Assembly: GCA_036677365.1 (NCBI GenBank)
Contig: JAVBWN010000030.1
Span: 1-64,000 of the forward strand
Reading direction: 5' to 3'
Length of the DNA stretch: 64,000 bases
Source: Acholeplasma sp.
GTDB lineage: Bacteria > Bacillota_I > Bacilli_A > Acholeplasmatales > UBA5453
Shown: one piece after another, positions 10,289-22,159 of the stretch
Layout: every line of letters begins with the position of its first letter
Numbering within the stretch: position 1 is the stretch's first letter
Position numbers and translations under genes: made by a program
Notes under the pieces: generated by a model
Database searches by the model: none
What the model was told of the DNA's origin: nothing
Seen by the model: the letters and a program-made list of their open reading frames with translations, nothing else

Positions 10289-10543
10289 ATGGAAAGAAAC
10301 AATAGAAAAGTGTTCACAGGAACTGTGGTATCAACCAAAATGCAAAAAACGATCACAGTGGTAGTTGACACATACAAAAAACACAGCTTATACGGGAAAC
10401 GTGTTAAAGTTTCCAAAAAATATCATGCACACGACGAAGACAATACTGCAAAAGTTGGCGACATTGTAACCATCATGGAAACAAGACCACTTTCAGCTAC
10501 TAAACGTTTTAGATTAGTAGAAATTGTTACGAAGGCAGAATAA
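10289..10543 (+). CDS. rpsQ: 30S ribosomal protein S17
   Basis: [23 protein letters not shown]. Confidence 0.97.
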   Translation: MERNNRKVFTGTVVSTKMQKTITVVVDTYKKHSLYGKRVKVSKKYHAHDEDNTAKVGDIVTIMETRPLSATKRFRLVEIVTKAE

Positions 10544-10555
10544 GGAGGGACTATC

Positions 10556-10924
10556 ATGATTCAACAAGAAACTAGATTAAACGTCGCTGACAATAGCGGC
10601 GCACGTGAAGTCTTAGTCATTAAAGTTTTAGGTGGTACCCGCCGTCGTTATGCTAACATCGGCGATGTGGTTGTCGTTGCAGTTAAAAAAGCAACGCCAG
10701 GCGGCATCGTTAAAAAAGGTGACGTAGCAAAAGCGGTTATCGTCAGAACCGTGTCTGGCTTAAGACGCGCAGACGGCTCATACATCAAATTTGATGACAA
10801 TGCAGCAGTCATTATTAAAGAAGATTTAAACCCACGTGGTACACGTATTTTCGGACCAGTGGCTAGAGAGCTTAGAGATAAGAACTTCATGAAGATCGTA
10901 TCCCTTGCTCCAGAAGTATTATAA
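10556..10924 (+). CDS. rplN: 50S ribosomal protein L14
   Basis: [22 protein letters not shown]. Confidence 0.98.
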   Translation: MIQQETRLNVADNSGAREVLVIKVLGGTRRRYANIGDVVVVAVKKATPGGIVKKGDVAKAVIVRTVSGLRRADGSYIKFDDNAAVIIKEDLNPRGTRIFGPVARELRDKNFMKIVSLAPEVL

Positions 10925-10934
10925 GGAGGACATC

Positions 10935-11276
10935 ATGAACATTAAAGCTGGAGATACAGTTGTAGTTATCGCTGGTAAAGACAAATTTACGACCGATAAA
11001 AAAGGCAAAAAAGTCAAAACAACTGGTAAAGTATTAAAAGCATTTCCTGATGAAGACCGCGTCATCGTTGAAGGCGTCAATAAAGTTAAAAAACATGAAA
11101 GACCAACTCAACAAAACGAAAAAGGTCAAATCGTGGAAGTCGAAGCACCAATCCATGTATCTAACGTGATGATTCTCGATCCAAAGAAGAATGTTCCAAC
11201 TCGCGTTGGTTACAAAATCGTAGACGGTAAGAAAGTCCGTTATGCGAAAAAATCAGGCGCAAGCCTTGATAAATAA
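10935..11276 (+). CDS. rplX: 50S ribosomal protein L24
   Basis: [21 protein letters not shown]; start after AGGAGG. Confidence 0.97.
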   Translation: MNIKAGDTVVVIAGKDKFTTDKKGKKVKTTGKVLKAFPDEDRVIVEGVNKVKKHERPTQQNEKGQIVEVEAPIHVSNVMILDPKKNVPTRVGYKIVDGKKVRYAKKSGASLDK

Positions 11277-11290
11277 GAAGGAGTTTGACT

Positions 11291-11830
11291 ATGAGTAGAT
11301 TAAGAGAAAAATACGAAAACCTCACCAAACCCGAATTAATGAAAGCATTCAACTATACTTCCGTCATGCAAGTACCAAAGATCGAAAAGATCGTTATTAA
11401 CATGGGTATCGGCGACGCAGTAGCTAACCCTAAAGCGCTCGACGACGCAGTTGAAGAATTAACCGTAATCACTGGTCAAAAACCAGTTGTAACCAAAGCA
11501 AGAAAATCTATTGCGAACTTCAAATTACGTGAAGGTATGCCAATCGGTTGCAAAGTTACATTACGTGGCGAAAGAATGTACTATTTCTTGGATAAATTAG
11601 TTTCAGTTTCTCTTCCACGTGTAAGAGACTTCCGCGGTATCTCTAAAGATGCTTTTGACGGTCGTGGTAACTACACACTCGGAATCAAAGAACAACTCAT
11701 TTTCCCTGAAATCAATTTCGATAAAGTGAAAAAAGTACGTGGCATGGACATTGTCATCGTAACAACGGCGCAATCTGATGAAGAAGGTAAAGCATTACTA
11801 ACTTCCCTTGGATTACCGTTCAAGAAATAA
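11291..11830 (+). CDS. rplE: 50S ribosomal protein L5
   Basis: [22 protein letters not shown]. Confidence 0.98.
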   Translation: MSRLREKYENLTKPELMKAFNYTSVMQVPKIEKIVINMGIGDAVANPKALDDAVEELTVITGQKPVVTKARKSIANFKLREGMPIGCKVTLRGERMYYFLDKLVSVSLPRVRDFRGISKDAFDGRGNYTLGIKEQLIFPEINFDKVKKVRGMDIVIVTTAQSDEEGKALLTSLGLPFKK

Positions 11831-11841
11831 GGAGAATAAAC

Positions 11842-12027
11842 ATGGCTAAAAAATCTATGATTGCGAAGCAACAACGCGTGGCTAAGTTTTCAACACAAGC
11901 TTACACCAGATGCACACGTTGTGGCCGTCCGCACGCAGTATACCAAAAATTTGGAATTTGCCGTATTTGTTTTCGCGAATTAGCCTATAAAGGCGAACTA
12001 CCTGGCGTTAAAAAAGCTAGCTGGTAA
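11842..12027 (+). CDS. rpsN: 30S ribosomal protein S14 (Zn-ribbon type Z)
   Basis: CTRCGR...[15 protein letters not shown]. Confidence 0.97.
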   Translation: MAKKSMIAKQQRVAKFSTQAYTRCTRCGRPHAVYQKFGICRICFRELAYKGELPGVKKASW

Positions 12028-12042
12028 GAAGGAGGAAATAAT

Positions 12043-12441
12043 ATGGTTATGACTGATCCAATCGCGGATTTACTAACTCGTATCCGCAACGCGAATTCAA
12101 TGCGTCATGAAACGGTAGAAATCCCTGCATCCAGACTTAAAGCAGACATTTTAAATGTCTTGAAACAAGAAGGTTTCATTGTAGATTATGTATCTAAAAA
12201 TGAAGCAGTAGGTTCTACACTCGTAGTAACATTGAAATATGCCGCTAATAACGAACGCGTTATTAAAGGTTTAAAGAGGATATCGAAACCGGGCTTACGT
12301 GTTTACGCGCAAGCTAGCCAATTACCTAAAGTTCTAAACGGACTTGGAATTGCGATTATTTCGACATCAAAAGGCATTCTTACTGATAGAGAAGCCAGAA
12401 AACAACAAATCGGTGGCGAAGTGCTCGCCTACGTTTGGTAA
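12043..12441 (+). CDS. rpsH: 30S ribosomal protein S8
   Basis: [25 protein letters not shown]. Confidence 0.98.
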   Translation: MVMTDPIADLLTRIRNANSMRHETVEIPASRLKADILNVLKQEGFIVDYVSKNEAVGSTLVVTLKYAANNERVIKGLKRISKPGLRVYAQASQLPKVLNGLGIAIISTSKGILTDREARKQQIGGEVLAYVW

Positions 12442-12456
12442 TAGGGAGGATAACAT

Positions 12457-12999
12457 ATGTCACGTATAGGTAATAAAGTGATTATTGTTCCTGCTGGCGT
12501 TACCGTCACTGTAGGAGAAGGGAACTTAGTCACAGTCAAAGGCCCAAAAGGCACTTTATCATTTCAATTTTCTGATCGAGTAACCATCGAACAAGAAAAT
12601 AATCACATCACAATTAAGAGAGAATCTGATATCAATAACGACCGTAAATTACACGGTACAACCAGAGCCGTTCTTGCGAACATGGTCACAGGGGTTGCTA
12701 CAGGGTTTACTAAATCCTTAGAAATCATCGGTGTCGGTTACAGAGCGTCTATCGAAGGTAAGAAGTTAGTCATCAACGCAGGTTATTCACATTTAGTTGA
12801 ATTGGATATTCCTGCAGGTGTGACCGTTGCATTACCTAAGAATACAGAAGTTATTTTATCAGGTGCAGACAAGCAAGTCATTGGTGAATTTGCAGCAAAC
12901 ATTCGCGCTATTCGTAAACCAGAACCTTACAAAGGTAAAGGTATTCGTTACAAAGGTGAAAATGTTCGTCGCAAAGAAGGCAAGACTGCTAAGAAGTAG
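12457..12999 (+). CDS. rplF: 50S ribosomal protein L6
   Basis: MSRIG, GVGYRA, PEPYKGKGIRY. Confidence 0.98.
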   Translation: MSRIGNKVIIVPAGVTVTVGEGNLVTVKGPKGTLSFQFSDRVTIEQENNHITIKRESDINNDRKLHGTTRAVLANMVTGVATGFTKSLEIIGVGYRASIEGKKLVINAGYSHLVELDIPAGVTVALPKNTEVILSGADKQVIGEFAANIRAIRKPEPYKGKGIRYKGENVRRKEGKTAKK

Positions 13000-13011
13000 G
13001 AGGGCATATAT

Positions 13012-13365
13012 ATGATCAGTAAACAATCAAGCAATGTAACACGCCAAAAGAGACATTTACGTATTCGTCAAACTCTTTCAGGTACCGCAGCAAGACCTCG
13101 TTTAAGTGTATATCGCTCTAATACAGCCTTCTATGCACAACTTATTGACGACGTAAATCAAACCACCTTGTTTGCAGCAAGAAGCCAAGAATTGAACTTA
13201 AAAGGTTCAAACATTGCAACTGCATCCGCGGTAGGTAAATTGATCGCAGAACGTGCCATCGCTGGCGGCGTTACTGAGGTCGTATTCGACAGAAGTGGTT
13301 ATTTATACCATGGACGCGTTAAGGCATTGGCCGAAGCAGCTAGAGCAGCTGGATTGAAATTCTAA
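13012..13365 (+). CDS. rplR: 50S ribosomal protein L18
   Basis: [22 protein letters not shown]. Confidence 0.97.
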   Translation: MISKQSSNVTRQKRHLRIRQTLSGTAARPRLSVYRSNTAFYAQLIDDVNQTTLFAARSQELNLKGSNIATASAVGKLIAERAIAGGVTEVVFDRSGYLYHGRVKALAEAARAAGLKF

Positions 13366-13376
13366 GGAGGGTAATC

Positions 13377-13877
13377 ATGCGTAAAGTTAGAGAAAAAGAA
13401 GTCGAATTATTCGAAGACCGCGTGGTTGCTATCAACCGCGTAACTAAAGTAGTAAAAGGTGGTAGACGTTTCAGATTCGCAGCACTAGTCGTTATTGGTG
13501 ATCACAATGGGACCGTTGGGTTTGGCTTAGGCAAAGCTCAAGAAGTACCAGATGCGATTAAAAAAGCCGTCGAAAATGCGAAAAAGAATTTAATTAAAGT
13601 AGCTGTTGTTAACAATACAATTCCACATGCAATCACCGGAGAATTCGGTGCTGGTAAAGTATTCTTGAAGCCGGCTGCTGAAGGTACCGGAGTCATCGCC
13701 GGTGGTGCGATTCGTACTGTTTGCGAACTTGCTGGTATCCACAACATTTTATCCAAATCTTTAGGTTCCAAAGCCCCAATCAACATGGTTAGAGCTGCAT
13801 TTGCTGGACTTGAAACATTGAAGACTAAAGAAGACGTTGCAGCGCTTAGAGGCGTTGCAGTAGAAAGCTTGGTGTAA
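13377..13877 (+). CDS. rpsE: 30S ribosomal protein S5
   Basis: [22 protein letters not shown]. Confidence 0.98.
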   Translation: MRKVREKEVELFEDRVVAINRVTKVVKGGRRFRFAALVVIGDHNGTVGFGLGKAQEVPDAIKKAVENAKKNLIKVAVVNNTIPHAITGEFGAGKVFLKPAAEGTGVIAGGAIRTVCELAGIHNILSKSLGSKAPINMVRAAFAGLETLKTKEDVAALRGVAVESLV

Positions 13878-13881
13878 GACT

Positions 13882-14061
13882 ATGACATTAGAAATTACAT
13901 TAAAGAAGTCTTTAATAGGACGCAATCCAAATCAAGTTAAAACTGCACATGCCTTGGGATTAAAGAAATTAAACCAAACTGTAGTTAAAGAATCCAACGA
14001 CGCGATCGTGGGTATGGTTAAAACCATTGCTCACCTTGTGGTTGTTAAAGAAATCGCGTAA
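13882..14061 (+). CDS. rpmD: 50S ribosomal protein L30 (59 aa, below ORF-track cutoff)
   Basis: Hand translation [36 protein letters not shown]...[10 protein letters not shown]; lies between rpsE and rplO. Confidence 0.95.
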   Translation: MTLEITLKKSLIGRNPNQVKTAHALGLKKLNQTVVKESNDAIVGMVKTIAHLVVVKEIA

Positions 14062-14075
14062 GGAGGGACACACAT

Positions 14076-14513
14076 ATGTTAAATGAATTAAGACCAAATG
14101 AAGGCGCACGTAAGAATCGTAAAAGACTCGGACGTGGTACAGCTACTGGACAAGGTAAAACTGCTGGTAGAGGACAAAAAGGTCAAGGTGCTAGAACCGG
14201 CGGCGGTACTCGCTTAGGGTTTGAAGGTGGACAAATTCCTTTCTTCCAACGTATTCCTAAACGTGGATTTTCCAACGTTAACCGTAAAGATTTTGCCATC
14301 ATCAACTTAACACAACTCAATGTGTTTGAAGACGGCACAGTCGTTACACCAGAATTATTATTAGAAACAAAACTCATTGGTAAATTACAATCAGGCGTTA
14401 AAGTGTTGGCTAACGGTGCGTTAGAAAAGAAACTCACCATCAAAGCAAACCACTTCTCTAAACAAGCCCTTGTTTTAATTGAACAAGCTGGCGGAACGGC
14501 TGAGGTAATCTAA
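14076..14513 (+). CDS. rplO: 50S ribosomal protein L15
   Basis: [18 protein letters not shown]. Confidence 0.98.
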   Translation: MLNELRPNEGARKNRKRLGRGTATGQGKTAGRGQKGQGARTGGGTRLGFEGGQIPFFQRIPKRGFSNVNRKDFAIINLTQLNVFEDGTVVTPELLLETKLIGKLQSGVKVLANGALEKKLTIKANHFSKQALVLIEQAGGTAEVI

Positions 14514-14514
14514 C

Positions 14515-15816
14515 ATGTACCGTATCAAAGCGATATTTTCAAACGTACAACTTTTAAAAAGAATTGGTATTACTCTAGCATTGTTATTTATCTTCCGTAT
14601 CACGACTTGGATTCCAATCCCGTTAATTGATACTTCAAGCATCTCTGAGTTCATCAGCGGTAATGACTTCTTAGCCATTTTAAATAACTTTACTGGTAAT
14701 GCATTAGGACGTTTTTCCATCATGGCTATGGGTATATCGCCTTACATTACGGCGTCCATCGTAGTTCAAATGCTACAAATGGATATCGTGCCTGTTCTAA
14801 AAGAATGGAGCGAACAAGGCGAGACTGGAAAACAAAAGCTCAACAAACTAACCCGTATCCTCGGTTTGGTCTTGGCATTTGTTCAGTCACTTGTATTATT
14901 ACTTGGTTTAGGGGTTGCAGGTAGCGAATTCTTACCAGACATCCTATCACCTTCCCCAATCTTATATATTTACATGTCATTGGTCGTCACAGCGGGTGCT
15001 GCATTCGCTATGTACATCGCGGACTTGATTACTAGAAAAGGTATTGGTAATGGTACAAGCCTACTCATCGTAGCTGGTATCATCACTTCCTTGCCTTCCA
15101 TGATTACTTTATTGTGGGGCAAATACATCACCAATGGCAATGGTGGATGGGACATCGTTCTATTCATCGCAGTTATTCTAATTTACTTAGCTGTACTTCT
15201 AGGGGTCACCTTCCTTGAACTTGCGAAGAGAAGAATTCCAATTCAATACGCAAACCGTCAATCCGGTCAAGGCAAAACCACTTCAGACTTACCAATTAAG
15301 TTGAATACTGCAGGGGTTATCCCGGTCATCTTCGCATCGACCATCTTGAGTATTCCATTATCCATCTCCGGTATGTTCGGATTAAATACCTCGTCTTCAT
15401 TGGGTTCATGGTTGGATCAAATCTTCAACTATCAACAACCGATCGGATTCGTGCTATACATCGGACTCATCGTTGTGTTCACATTCTTCTATTCTTTCTT
15501 GATGTTAAATCCTGAAAAAGTAGCAGACAACTTATCGAAGTCCAATGCGTATATTCCAGGCGTTAGACCAGGGTTGGATACACAAAACTACATTGCGAAA
15601 TTGATGTTTAAGATTACACTACTCGGTACTGTGTACTTGGTCATTCTTGCGGCAATGCCGATCGTTACTGCCATCGTGTTTGGCTTTAACTCACAAGAAT
15701 CTCAAGCCATCGTTCTCGGGGGTACATCCTTACTCATCGTCGTAGGGGTTGCGATGGAAACCACCAATCAAATCGAAACAGAAGCAAATAATCAAGAATA
15801 CAAAGGCATATTTTAA
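14515..15816 (+). CDS. secY: Preprotein translocase SecY
   Basis: GISPYITASIVVQ, GIGNGTSLLI, IPGVRPG, GGTSLLI; multi-TM. Confidence 0.97.
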   Translation: MYRIKAIFSNVQLLKRIGITLALLFIFRITTWIPIPLIDTSSISEFISGNDFLAILNNFTGNALGRFSIMAMGISPYITASIVVQMLQMDIVPVLKEWSEQGETGKQKLNKLTRILGLVLAFVQSLVLLLGLGVAGSEFLPDILSPSPILYIYMSLVVTAGAAFAMYIADLITRKGIGNGTSLLIVAGIITSLPSMITLLWGKYITNGNGGWDIVLFIAVILIYLAVLLGVTFLELAKRRIPIQYANRQSGQGKTTSDLPIKLNTAGVIPVIFASTILSIPLSISGMFGLNTSSSLGSWLDQIFNYQQPIGFVLYIGLIVVFTFFYSFLMLNPEKVADNLSKSNAYIPGVRPGLDTQNYIAKLMFKITLLGTVYLVILAAMPIVTAIVFGFNSQESQAIVLGGTSLLIVVGVAMETTNQIETEANNQEYKGIF

Positions 15817-15841
15817 GCCAAACAAGAGAGAGGTATGAACC

Positions 15842-16492
15842 ATGAGACTAATCGTAATGGGCCCACCGGGCGTTGGCAAAGGATCACTCGCAAGTGATCT
15901 CACAAAGCATTATCATATACCTCATATTTCAACGGGAGAAATGTTTCGCGCCGAAATCAAGAAAGGTTCTCCCGTTGGGAAACTTGTTCAAAATCAGATC
16001 AATGCTGGCAAGTTTGTCAACGATTCGTTAACCAACGACATCGTACGCATTCGCTTACAAGCAAGAGACGTTAAGGAAGGCTTCCTCATGGATGGCTACC
16101 CACGCAATTTGCGTCAAGCGGAAGATTTCGATCATATTTTGATGCAATATGGTTGGACAGTGGATTATGTAATCTACCTGGACTCTCCAGAAGAAATCAT
16201 CTTAGACCGTATCACCGGCCGTCGTGTTTGCCCAACCTGTGGTAGAACTTACCATGTGCGTAACAACAAACCACAAAAAGAGGGGATTTGCGATAACGAC
16301 CAAACCCCACTCGTACAACGTCCTGACGATACTGTCGCAATCACCAAAGAACGTTTAGTCATTTATCATGACCAAACCCAACCGATCATTGAATATTACC
16401 GCAAAAAAGGTAACCTTCTATGCATCGATGGCAAAGGCTCGATTGAAGAAGTGTCCAAACGTGTTATTGAAGAATTAGATGGTAAAAAATGA
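15842..16492 (+). CDS. adk: Adenylate kinase
   Basis: [16 protein letters not shown] CxxC..CxxD. Confidence 0.97.
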   Translation: MRLIVMGPPGVGKGSLASDLTKHYHIPHISTGEMFRAEIKKGSPVGKLVQNQINAGKFVNDSLTNDIVRIRLQARDVKEGFLMDGYPRNLRQAEDFDHILMQYGWTVDYVIYLDSPEEIILDRITGRRVCPTCGRTYHVRNNKPQKEGICDNDQTPLVQRPDDTVAITKERLVIYHDQTQPIIEYYRKKGNLLCIDGKGSIEEVSKRVIEELDGKK

Positions 16493-17238
16493 TTACACTA
16501 AAATCACAAAGAGAAATTGACATCATGCGTGAAGCTGGCCGAATGGTTGCCCTCACTCGTGAAGAAGTAAAAAAACACATTAAACCAGGCATATCGACAA
16601 AGGCTCTGGACGAAATCGCGGAAAACTTCATTGTTTCCTTAGGGGGCAAACCGTCCTTCAAAGGTTACCATGGCTTCCCTGGTTCAGTCTGTCTATCGGT
16701 CAATGAAGTCGTCGTTCATGGGATTCCTTCTGAAAAGATGATTCTCAAAGAGGGTGACATCATCACACTCGATATTGGGGTTTACTATAAAGGTTACCAC
16801 GCGGACAGCGCATGGACTTACCCAGTAGGCACCATATCCAAAGCCGATCAACAACTTTTAGATGTTACGCTTGCATCCTTGTATGAGGGGCTCAAACAAG
16901 CGATTCCTGGCAATCGAGTATCGGATATTTCCGCTGCAATTGAGGCTTATGTCAAACCCTATGGTTACGGCATCGTAGAAGAATTCACGGGCCATGGCAT
17001 TGGTAAACAGTTGCATGAAGATCCTTACATCCCAAACTTCGGTCAACCTGGGATGGGTGCCTTGTTAAAACCAGGCATGACATTCTGTGTCGAACCCATG
17101 GTTAATATCGGGACAAAACGTGTCAAGATTTTACAAGATAACTGGACCACAGTTACCATGGACAAATCCAAAAGCGCACACTTTGAACACATGATCGCCA
17201 TCACTGAGACAGGCTATCAAATATTAACCGAACTTTAA
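16489..17238 (+). CDS. map: Methionine aminopeptidase type I
   Basis: [25 protein letters not shown]. Confidence 0.97.
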   Translation: MITLKSQREIDIMREAGRMVALTREEVKKHIKPGISTKALDEIAENFIVSLGGKPSFKGYHGFPGSVCLSVNEVVVHGIPSEKMILKEGDIITLDIGVYYKGYHADSAWTYPVGTISKADQQLLDVTLASLYEGLKQAIPGNRVSDISAAIEAYVKPYGYGIVEEFTGHGIGKQLHEDPYIPNFGQPGMGALLKPGMTFCVEPMVNIGTKRVKILQDNWTTVTMDKSKSAHFEHMIAITETGYQILTEL

Positions 17239-17250
17239 AGGAGGCTATTT

Positions 17251-17469
17251 ATGGCAAGAGAAGATTTAATTGAAGTACAAGCAAAAGTAGTCGAAGTACT
17301 ACCAAATACCAAATTTAAAGTTGAACTTGAAAATGGGCATGTAGTACTCGCACACGTATCCGGTAAAATCCGCATGAATAACATTCGCATTTTACCTGGT
17401 GATAGCGTTACAGTTGAGTTATCACCATATGATTTAACACGCGGCAGAATCACGTATCGCCGAAAGTAG
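17251..17469 (+). CDS. infA: Translation initiation factor IF-1
   Basis: [21 protein letters not shown]. Confidence 0.98.
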   Translation: MAREDLIEVQAKVVEVLPNTKFKVELENGHVVLAHVSGKIRMNNIRILPGDSVTVELSPYDLTRGRITYRRK

Positions 17470-17480
17470 GAGGAAATCAA

Positions 17481-17594
17481 ATGAAAGTTAGAGCATCAGT
17501 AAAACCTATTTGCGACAAATGCAAGGTTGTTAAGCGCAAAGGTAGAGTAATGGTTATTTGTGAAAATCCAAAACACAAACAACGTCAAGGATAA
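17481..17594 (+). CDS. rpmJ: 50S ribosomal protein L36 (37 aa, below ORF-track cutoff)
   Basis: Hand translation [37 protein letters not shown]. Confidence 0.97.
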   Translation: MKVRASVKPICDKCKVVKRKGRVMVICENPKHKQRQG

Positions 17595-17606
17595 TAGGAG
17601 AATAAT

Positions 17607-17972
17607 ATGGCACGTATAGCAGGTATCGACATTCCACGCGAAAAGCGCGTAGTTATTAGCTTAACTTACGTTTTCGGGATTGGAAGAAGTCTATCAGAAC
17701 AAATATTAAAAGACGCTCACGTATCGGAAGATACCAGAGTAAAAAACTTAACAGAAGATGAACTAAACCGCATTCGTACTGAAGTTGCAAAATACCAAGT
17801 CGAAGGTGACTTAAGAAGAGAAGTCACATTAAACATCAAACGTTTAATGGAAATCGGTTCATATCGTGGAATTCGTCATAGAAAAGGTTTACCAGTAAGA
17901 GGACAAAACACAAGAACAAATGCGCGTACTCGTAAAGGTAAAGCTAAGACTATCGCGAATAAGAAGAAATAA
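17607..17972 (+). CDS. rpsM: 30S ribosomal protein S13
   Basis: [22 protein letters not shown]. Confidence 0.98.
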   Translation: MARIAGIDIPREKRVVISLTYVFGIGRSLSEQILKDAHVSEDTRVKNLTEDELNRIRTEVAKYQVEGDLRREVTLNIKRLMEIGSYRGIRHRKGLPVRGQNTRTNARTRKGKAKTIANKKK

Positions 17973-17983
17973 GGAGGGTCATC

Positions 17984-18370
17984 ATGGCAGGTAAAAAAAC
18001 AACTAAACGTCGTGTAAAGAAGAATATTCCGCTTGGAATGGCTCACATTCATACCACGTTTAATAATACAATCGTCACCATCACAGACCAAGGCGGTAAC
18101 GCAATCGCTTGGAGCAGTGCCGGTGCATTAGGTTTCAAAGGTTCCCGTAAATCCACCCCATTTGCTGCACAAATGTCAGCCGAAGCAGCTGCTAAAGCCG
18201 CTATCGAACATGGTGTCATCAAAGTTGAAGTATCCGTTAAAGGTCCAGGCCCAGGTAGAGAAGCTGCGATCCGTTCGATCCAAGCTGCAGGTCTTGAAAT
18301 CACAGCGATTAAAGACGTAACCCCAGTACCACACAACGGATGCCGCCCACCAAAACGTCCTCGTGGATAA
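17984..18370 (+). CDS. rpsK: 30S ribosomal protein S11
   Basis: [21 protein letters not shown]. Confidence 0.98.
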   Translation: MAGKKTTKRRVKKNIPLGMAHIHTTFNNTIVTITDQGGNAIAWSSAGALGFKGSRKSTPFAAQMSAEAAAKAAIEHGVIKVEVSVKGPGPGREAAIRSIQAAGLEITAIKDVTPVPHNGCRPPKRPRG

Positions 18371-18400
18371 TATCTATAACAAATAAAGGAGGTAATCATT

Positions 18401-19405
18401 TTGCAAGATCTTAAGTTTTCGAAACCAGAAGTAAAGGTTGAGTCTATATCAGGCGATAATACCAAAGCAATTTGCACCATCAGCCCACTCGAAAGAGGCT
18501 ATGGGATTACCATTGGTAACTCACTACGTCGTGTACTCTTATCATCATTACCAGGCGCTGCGATTGTCAATGTGAAGATTGAAGGAGCTGAACACGAATT
18601 CTCTACACTCGAAGGTGTAATGGAAGACGTAATGAGTATTGTTTTGAATCTTAAAAAAGTGGTTTTATCTGTAGATTCTACAGATCCTAATTTCGAAAAA
18701 GAAATTGAAATCCACCAAAACGGTGCAGGTGTCGTTACCGCTTCAGATATTATTCATGACAGTGATATAAAGATTATTAACCCTGACCAAGTCATCGCGA
18801 CTGTGGTTGAAGGTGGTAAATTATCGATGTATATGACCGTCAGACGTGGGATTGGGTATGTCGGTTCTGTGAAGAACAAAGCATTCTCCAATTCAGTCGG
18901 CGTGATTGCGATTGACTCAATCTATACACCGATCAATCGTGTTGCTTACGAAGTTGAAAAAACCCGTGTCAACAACGATGCTGATTATGACAAATTGATT
19001 ATGGAAGTTGAAACCAATGGCGCAATCAAAGCTCATGAAGCTTTATCGTTGGCCGCTAAGATGATGATTGATTACTTATCCGTCATCGTTGATTTGGACG
19101 CAACCACCCATGACATCAGTTTCATGTCTGAAAAAGTAAGCGAAACCAACACTCACAAGCTAGAAAAACCGATTGAAGAATTGGATCTATCCGTTCGTTC
19201 ATTCAACTGCTTGAAGAGAGCTGGCATCAATACACTCGCAGAATTAACTAAGAAGACTGAAGAAGAAATGATGCGCGTCCGTAACTTAGGACGTAAGTCG
19301 TTAAAAGAAGTAAAAGAGAAGTTAGAAGATTTAGGTTTAGGCTTTGCTGCTGGTTATGCTAACGGTAGAAAACTAGACGTTGCTTCTGACGATGACAACG
19401 AATAA
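18401..19405 (+). CDS. rpoA: RNA polymerase subunit alpha
   Basis: [38 protein letters not shown] start after AGGAGG. Confidence 0.98.
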   Translation: MQDLKFSKPEVKVESISGDNTKAICTISPLERGYGITIGNSLRRVLLSSLPGAAIVNVKIEGAEHEFSTLEGVMEDVMSIVLNLKKVVLSVDSTDPNFEKEIEIHQNGAGVVTASDIIHDSDIKIINPDQVIATVVEGGKLSMYMTVRRGIGYVGSVKNKAFSNSVGVIAIDSIYTPINRVAYEVEKTRVNNDADYDKLIMEVETNGAIKAHEALSLAAKMMIDYLSVIVDLDATTHDISFMSEKVSETNTHKLEKPIEELDLSVRSFNCLKRAGINTLAELTKKTEEEMMRVRNLGRKSLKEVKEKLEDLGLGFAAGYANGRKLDVASDDDNE

Positions 19406-19416
19406 GGAGAACTACT

Positions 19417-19779
19417 ATGGCAGGATATAGCAGATTAAGACGTAACAGTTCACAAAGAAGAGCACTTCTTAGAGACTTGGTTACAGACTTAATTATTCAT
19501 GGACAAATTGAAACCACAGAAGCTAAAGCTAAAGAACTCAGCAAACTTGCTGACAAGATGGTCACCCTTGGTAAGAAAGGCACTTTAGATGCTAGACGCC
19601 AAGCACTAACAATTGTTAGAAACGAACTTGTCAAAGAAGGACAAACTGCAGTTCAAAAGCTTTTCGGTGAAATTGCCCCTAAGTTTAAAGATCGTAACGG
19701 TGGTTACACCCGCGTGATCAAAACGTTGCCACGTCTTGGTGATTCAGCCCCTATGGCTATCATCCAATTTGTGGAATAG
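19417..19779 (+). CDS. rplQ: 50S ribosomal protein L17
   Basis: [24 protein letters not shown]. Confidence 0.98.
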   Translation: MAGYSRLRRNSSQRRALLRDLVTDLIIHGQIETTEAKAKELSKLADKMVTLGKKGTLDARRQALTIVRNELVKEGQTAVQKLFGEIAPKFKDRNGGYTRVIKTLPRLGDSAPMAIIQFVE

Positions 19780-19796
19780 TTTTAACAATACAAACA

Positions 19797-19830
19797 TACA
19801 CAGAAGTCAGATGATTTCTGTGTTTTTGTC
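19797..19830 (+). terminator. Terminator of the r-protein superoperon
   Basis: ACACAGAAGTC-loop-GATTTCTGTGT plus T-run. Confidence 0.7.
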
Positions 19831-19906
19831 TTTTTAGACACATTTTTGAATGAAATTTGGCGTAAAAGTGTTATACTATTCATAAATTATTAGGAGGAAA
19901 TCTCAA

Positions 19907-21598
19907 ATGAAATTTCAAGATTATATCTATCAAAGACCGGATGTCGATGCCATTAAGTCTAAATATGTCGGATTCACCGATGCATTCAAAGCAGCAAAAG
20001 AAGCGAAAGCACAAGCAGAAATCATTAAACAAGTGTTTGGACTCATCGATGAAGTCGATACCATGTACCAACTTGTATCGATTCGTTATTCATTAAACAC
20101 CCAAGATGCTTTTTATGAAGCAGAAATGAATTTCATGGATGAAGCCTCCCCAGAGCTTCAAAATTATGTCAATGAGTTCAATAAACTCGTCTATGCATCC
20201 CCGTTTAAACAAGCATTGATTCAAGTGTTTGGACAACATTATTTCAATCAATTAGAAGTATCCCTACAGTCATTTGATGAAAAGATTATCCCACTTTTAC
20301 AAGAAGAAAACAAACTCAACAGCAAATATTCAAAAGTCTTAGCGGCTGCACAAATCGAGTTCGATGGTGGGGTATATAATTTATCACAAATGAGTCCATT
20401 TACCCAAAGTAAAGACCGCGAAACCAGACACCGAGCACAACTCAAGATATCTGCTTTTTTTGAAGCAAACGAAGCAGAACTCGATGATATTTATGACCAA
20501 TTGGTATCGGTTAGAAATCAAGCAGCGAAAGCCCTAGGCTATCAAAATTTCGTTGAATTGGGCTATAAACGTTTGGGTAGAACCGATTATGGTTCGAAGG
20601 AAGTCAAAGCCTATAGAGAGCAAATTAAGCGCGATGTGGTGCCATTTGTCGAAAAACTCGTCGCTCGCAAAGCGAAGCGCTTAGGGATTAAAGATTTGAA
20701 GAGTTACGATACCATTTCCTTCTTATCTGGTAACCCAACACCAAAAGGTGACTTAGACTGGCAAGTTGCACAAGCGACAACGATGTATCAAGAATTGTCG
20801 AAAGAAACCGATGAGTTCTTCACATTCATGAAGGATTCTGGGCTACTTGAACTAGACTCCAAAAAAGGCAAAGCAGGTGGCGGTTATTGCACCTTTATTC
20901 CAGGCTATAAAGCCCCATTTATTTTCGCAAACTTCAATGGTACATCGCACGATGTGGATGTCTTGACCCACGAAGCAGGACATGCTTTCCAAGTATATCA
21001 ATCGAGAGATTTCATCAATCCGATGCAACGATTCCCTGGGTATGAAGCGTGTGAAATTCACTCCATGAGCATGGAATTCTTTGCTTGGCCATGGGTCCCA
21101 TTGTTCTTCAAAGAAGATGCTCAAAAGTACTATTTCTCACACCTCGCAGGTGCCATTTCATTCTTACCTTATGGCGCACTCGTGGATGAATTCCAACACG
21201 AAATCTATGAAAATCCAGGTATGTCTAAAGATGAGCGTAAAGCGACTTGGAGAAGACTCGAGAAGCAATACATCCCTTCAAGAGATTATGATGATGATAC
21301 ATTTATGGAAAAAGGCACTTATTGGTTCCGCCAAGGCCATATATTCCAGTCACCATTCTACTACATCGACTACACCTTGGCTCAAGTGTGTGCATTCCAA
21401 TATTGGATCAGAGACCACAAAAACCATGAAGAAGCTTGGGCGTCTTATGTTGAGTTATGTCAGTTGGGTGGGTCAAAAGGGTTTGTCGCATTGATGAAAG
21501 ATGCGAAACTCGATAGCCCATTTGAAGATGGTACTATTTTAAGAACAATTCAACCCCTAGAAGCATTCTTAAATACCATTGACGATACAAAATTATAA
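19907..21598 (+). CDS. M3 family oligoendopeptidase
   Basis: GKAGGGYC, HEAGH zinc motif, EIHSMSME, HIF..PFYYIDY. Confidence 0.93.
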   Translation: MKFQDYIYQRPDVDAIKSKYVGFTDAFKAAKEAKAQAEIIKQVFGLIDEVDTMYQLVSIRYSLNTQDAFYEAEMNFMDEASPELQNYVNEFNKLVYASPFKQALIQVFGQHYFNQLEVSLQSFDEKIIPLLQEENKLNSKYSKVLAAAQIEFDGGVYNLSQMSPFTQSKDRETRHRAQLKISAFFEANEAELDDIYDQLVSVRNQAAKALGYQNFVELGYKRLGRTDYGSKEVKAYREQIKRDVVPFVEKLVARKAKRLGIKDLKSYDTISFLSGNPTPKGDLDWQVAQATTMYQELSKETDEFFTFMKDSGLLELDSKKGKAGGGYCTFIPGYKAPFIFANFNGTSHDVDVLTHEAGHAFQVYQSRDFINPMQRFPGYEACEIHSMSMEFFAWPWVPLFFKEDAQKYYFSHLAGAISFLPYGALVDEFQHEIYENPGMSKDERKATWRRLEKQYIPSRDYDDDTFMEKGTYWFRQGHIFQSPFYYIDYTLAQVCAFQYWIRDHKNHEEAWASYVELCQLGGSKGFVALMKDAKLDSPFEDGTILRTIQPLEAFLNTIDDTKL

Positions 21599-21607
21599 AA
21601 AATATGC

Positions 21608-21636
21608 AAAACCTGGGACAAAACCCAGGTTTTTTT
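21608..21636 (+). terminator. Intrinsic terminator
   Basis: AAAACCTGGG-ACAAAA-CCCAGGTTTT plus T-run. Confidence 0.8.
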
Positions 21637-21652
21637 GTTATACTATGGATAG

Positions 21653-21670
21653 TATTTCGAATTTGTAATA
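21653..21670 (+). promoter_or_regulatory. Putative MhqR-type autoregulatory operator
   Basis: Imperfect 9-9 inverted repeat TATTTCGAA-TTTGTAATA just downstream of TGTTATACT extended -10. Confidence 0.5.
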
Positions 21671-21692
21671 ATAATTCGAGAAAGGAGCCCGT

Positions 21693-22130
21693 ATGTCACA
21701 CGATTTGAAAACAATCACGGTGCTATTTCGCGCAAAAAACAGTCTAGAAAACCTCATCAAACAAGACATCCAAAGCTATGGTCTAAACCCTTCTGAGTTT
21801 GGGACATTAGAAGCTTTATATCACAAAGGGGCACTAACCGTTCAACAAATCATTGATAAAGTGTTGATTGCGAATTCATCCATGACCTATGTGTTGGATA
21901 ATTTGACCAAAAGAGGTTTAATCACACGGACCAAAGACGCGGTGGATAAACGCATTTTTAAGGTGGAATTAACCACAATGGGGATTGAATTCATGGCGGA
22001 TATTTACCCCCAACATGAAAAGAACATGATGACTGTATTGAATGTTTTATCAAAAGAAGAACAAGATACCCTACAAGCCTTATTGAAAACATTAGGATTG
22101 AATGCAAAAAACTTCAAGTGTACGAAATAA
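21693..22130 (+). CDS. MarR family regulator, MhqR-like
   Basis: GLNPSEFGTLEALYHKG, SMTYVLD.L, IYPQH, GLNAK closely recall B. subtilis MhqR (YkvE). Confidence 0.8.
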   Translation: MSHDLKTITVLFRAKNSLENLIKQDIQSYGLNPSEFGTLEALYHKGALTVQQIIDKVLIANSSMTYVLDNLTKRGLITRTKDAVDKRIFKVELTTMGIEFMADIYPQHEKNMMTVLNVLSKEEQDTLQALLKTLGLNAKNFKCTK

Positions 22131-22159
22131 AAAAATAACAGAAAATCTGTTATTTTTTT
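22129..22159. terminator. Bidirectional terminator between mhqR-like gene and nagB
   Basis: AAAAAAATAACAGA-AAA-TCTGTTATTTTTTT between convergent genes. Confidence 0.75.

Noticed and set aside
10980..11025. Lys-rich insertion in uL24 ([12 protein letters not shown])
   Set aside because: Probably an ordinary lineage-specific loop; no further evidence of significance
5601..18480. Many antisense or alternate-frame ORFs inside r-protein genes (e.g. 5601-6104, 18049-18480)
   Set aside because: Shadow ORFs of strongly biased coding sequence with no RBS or recognisable motifs
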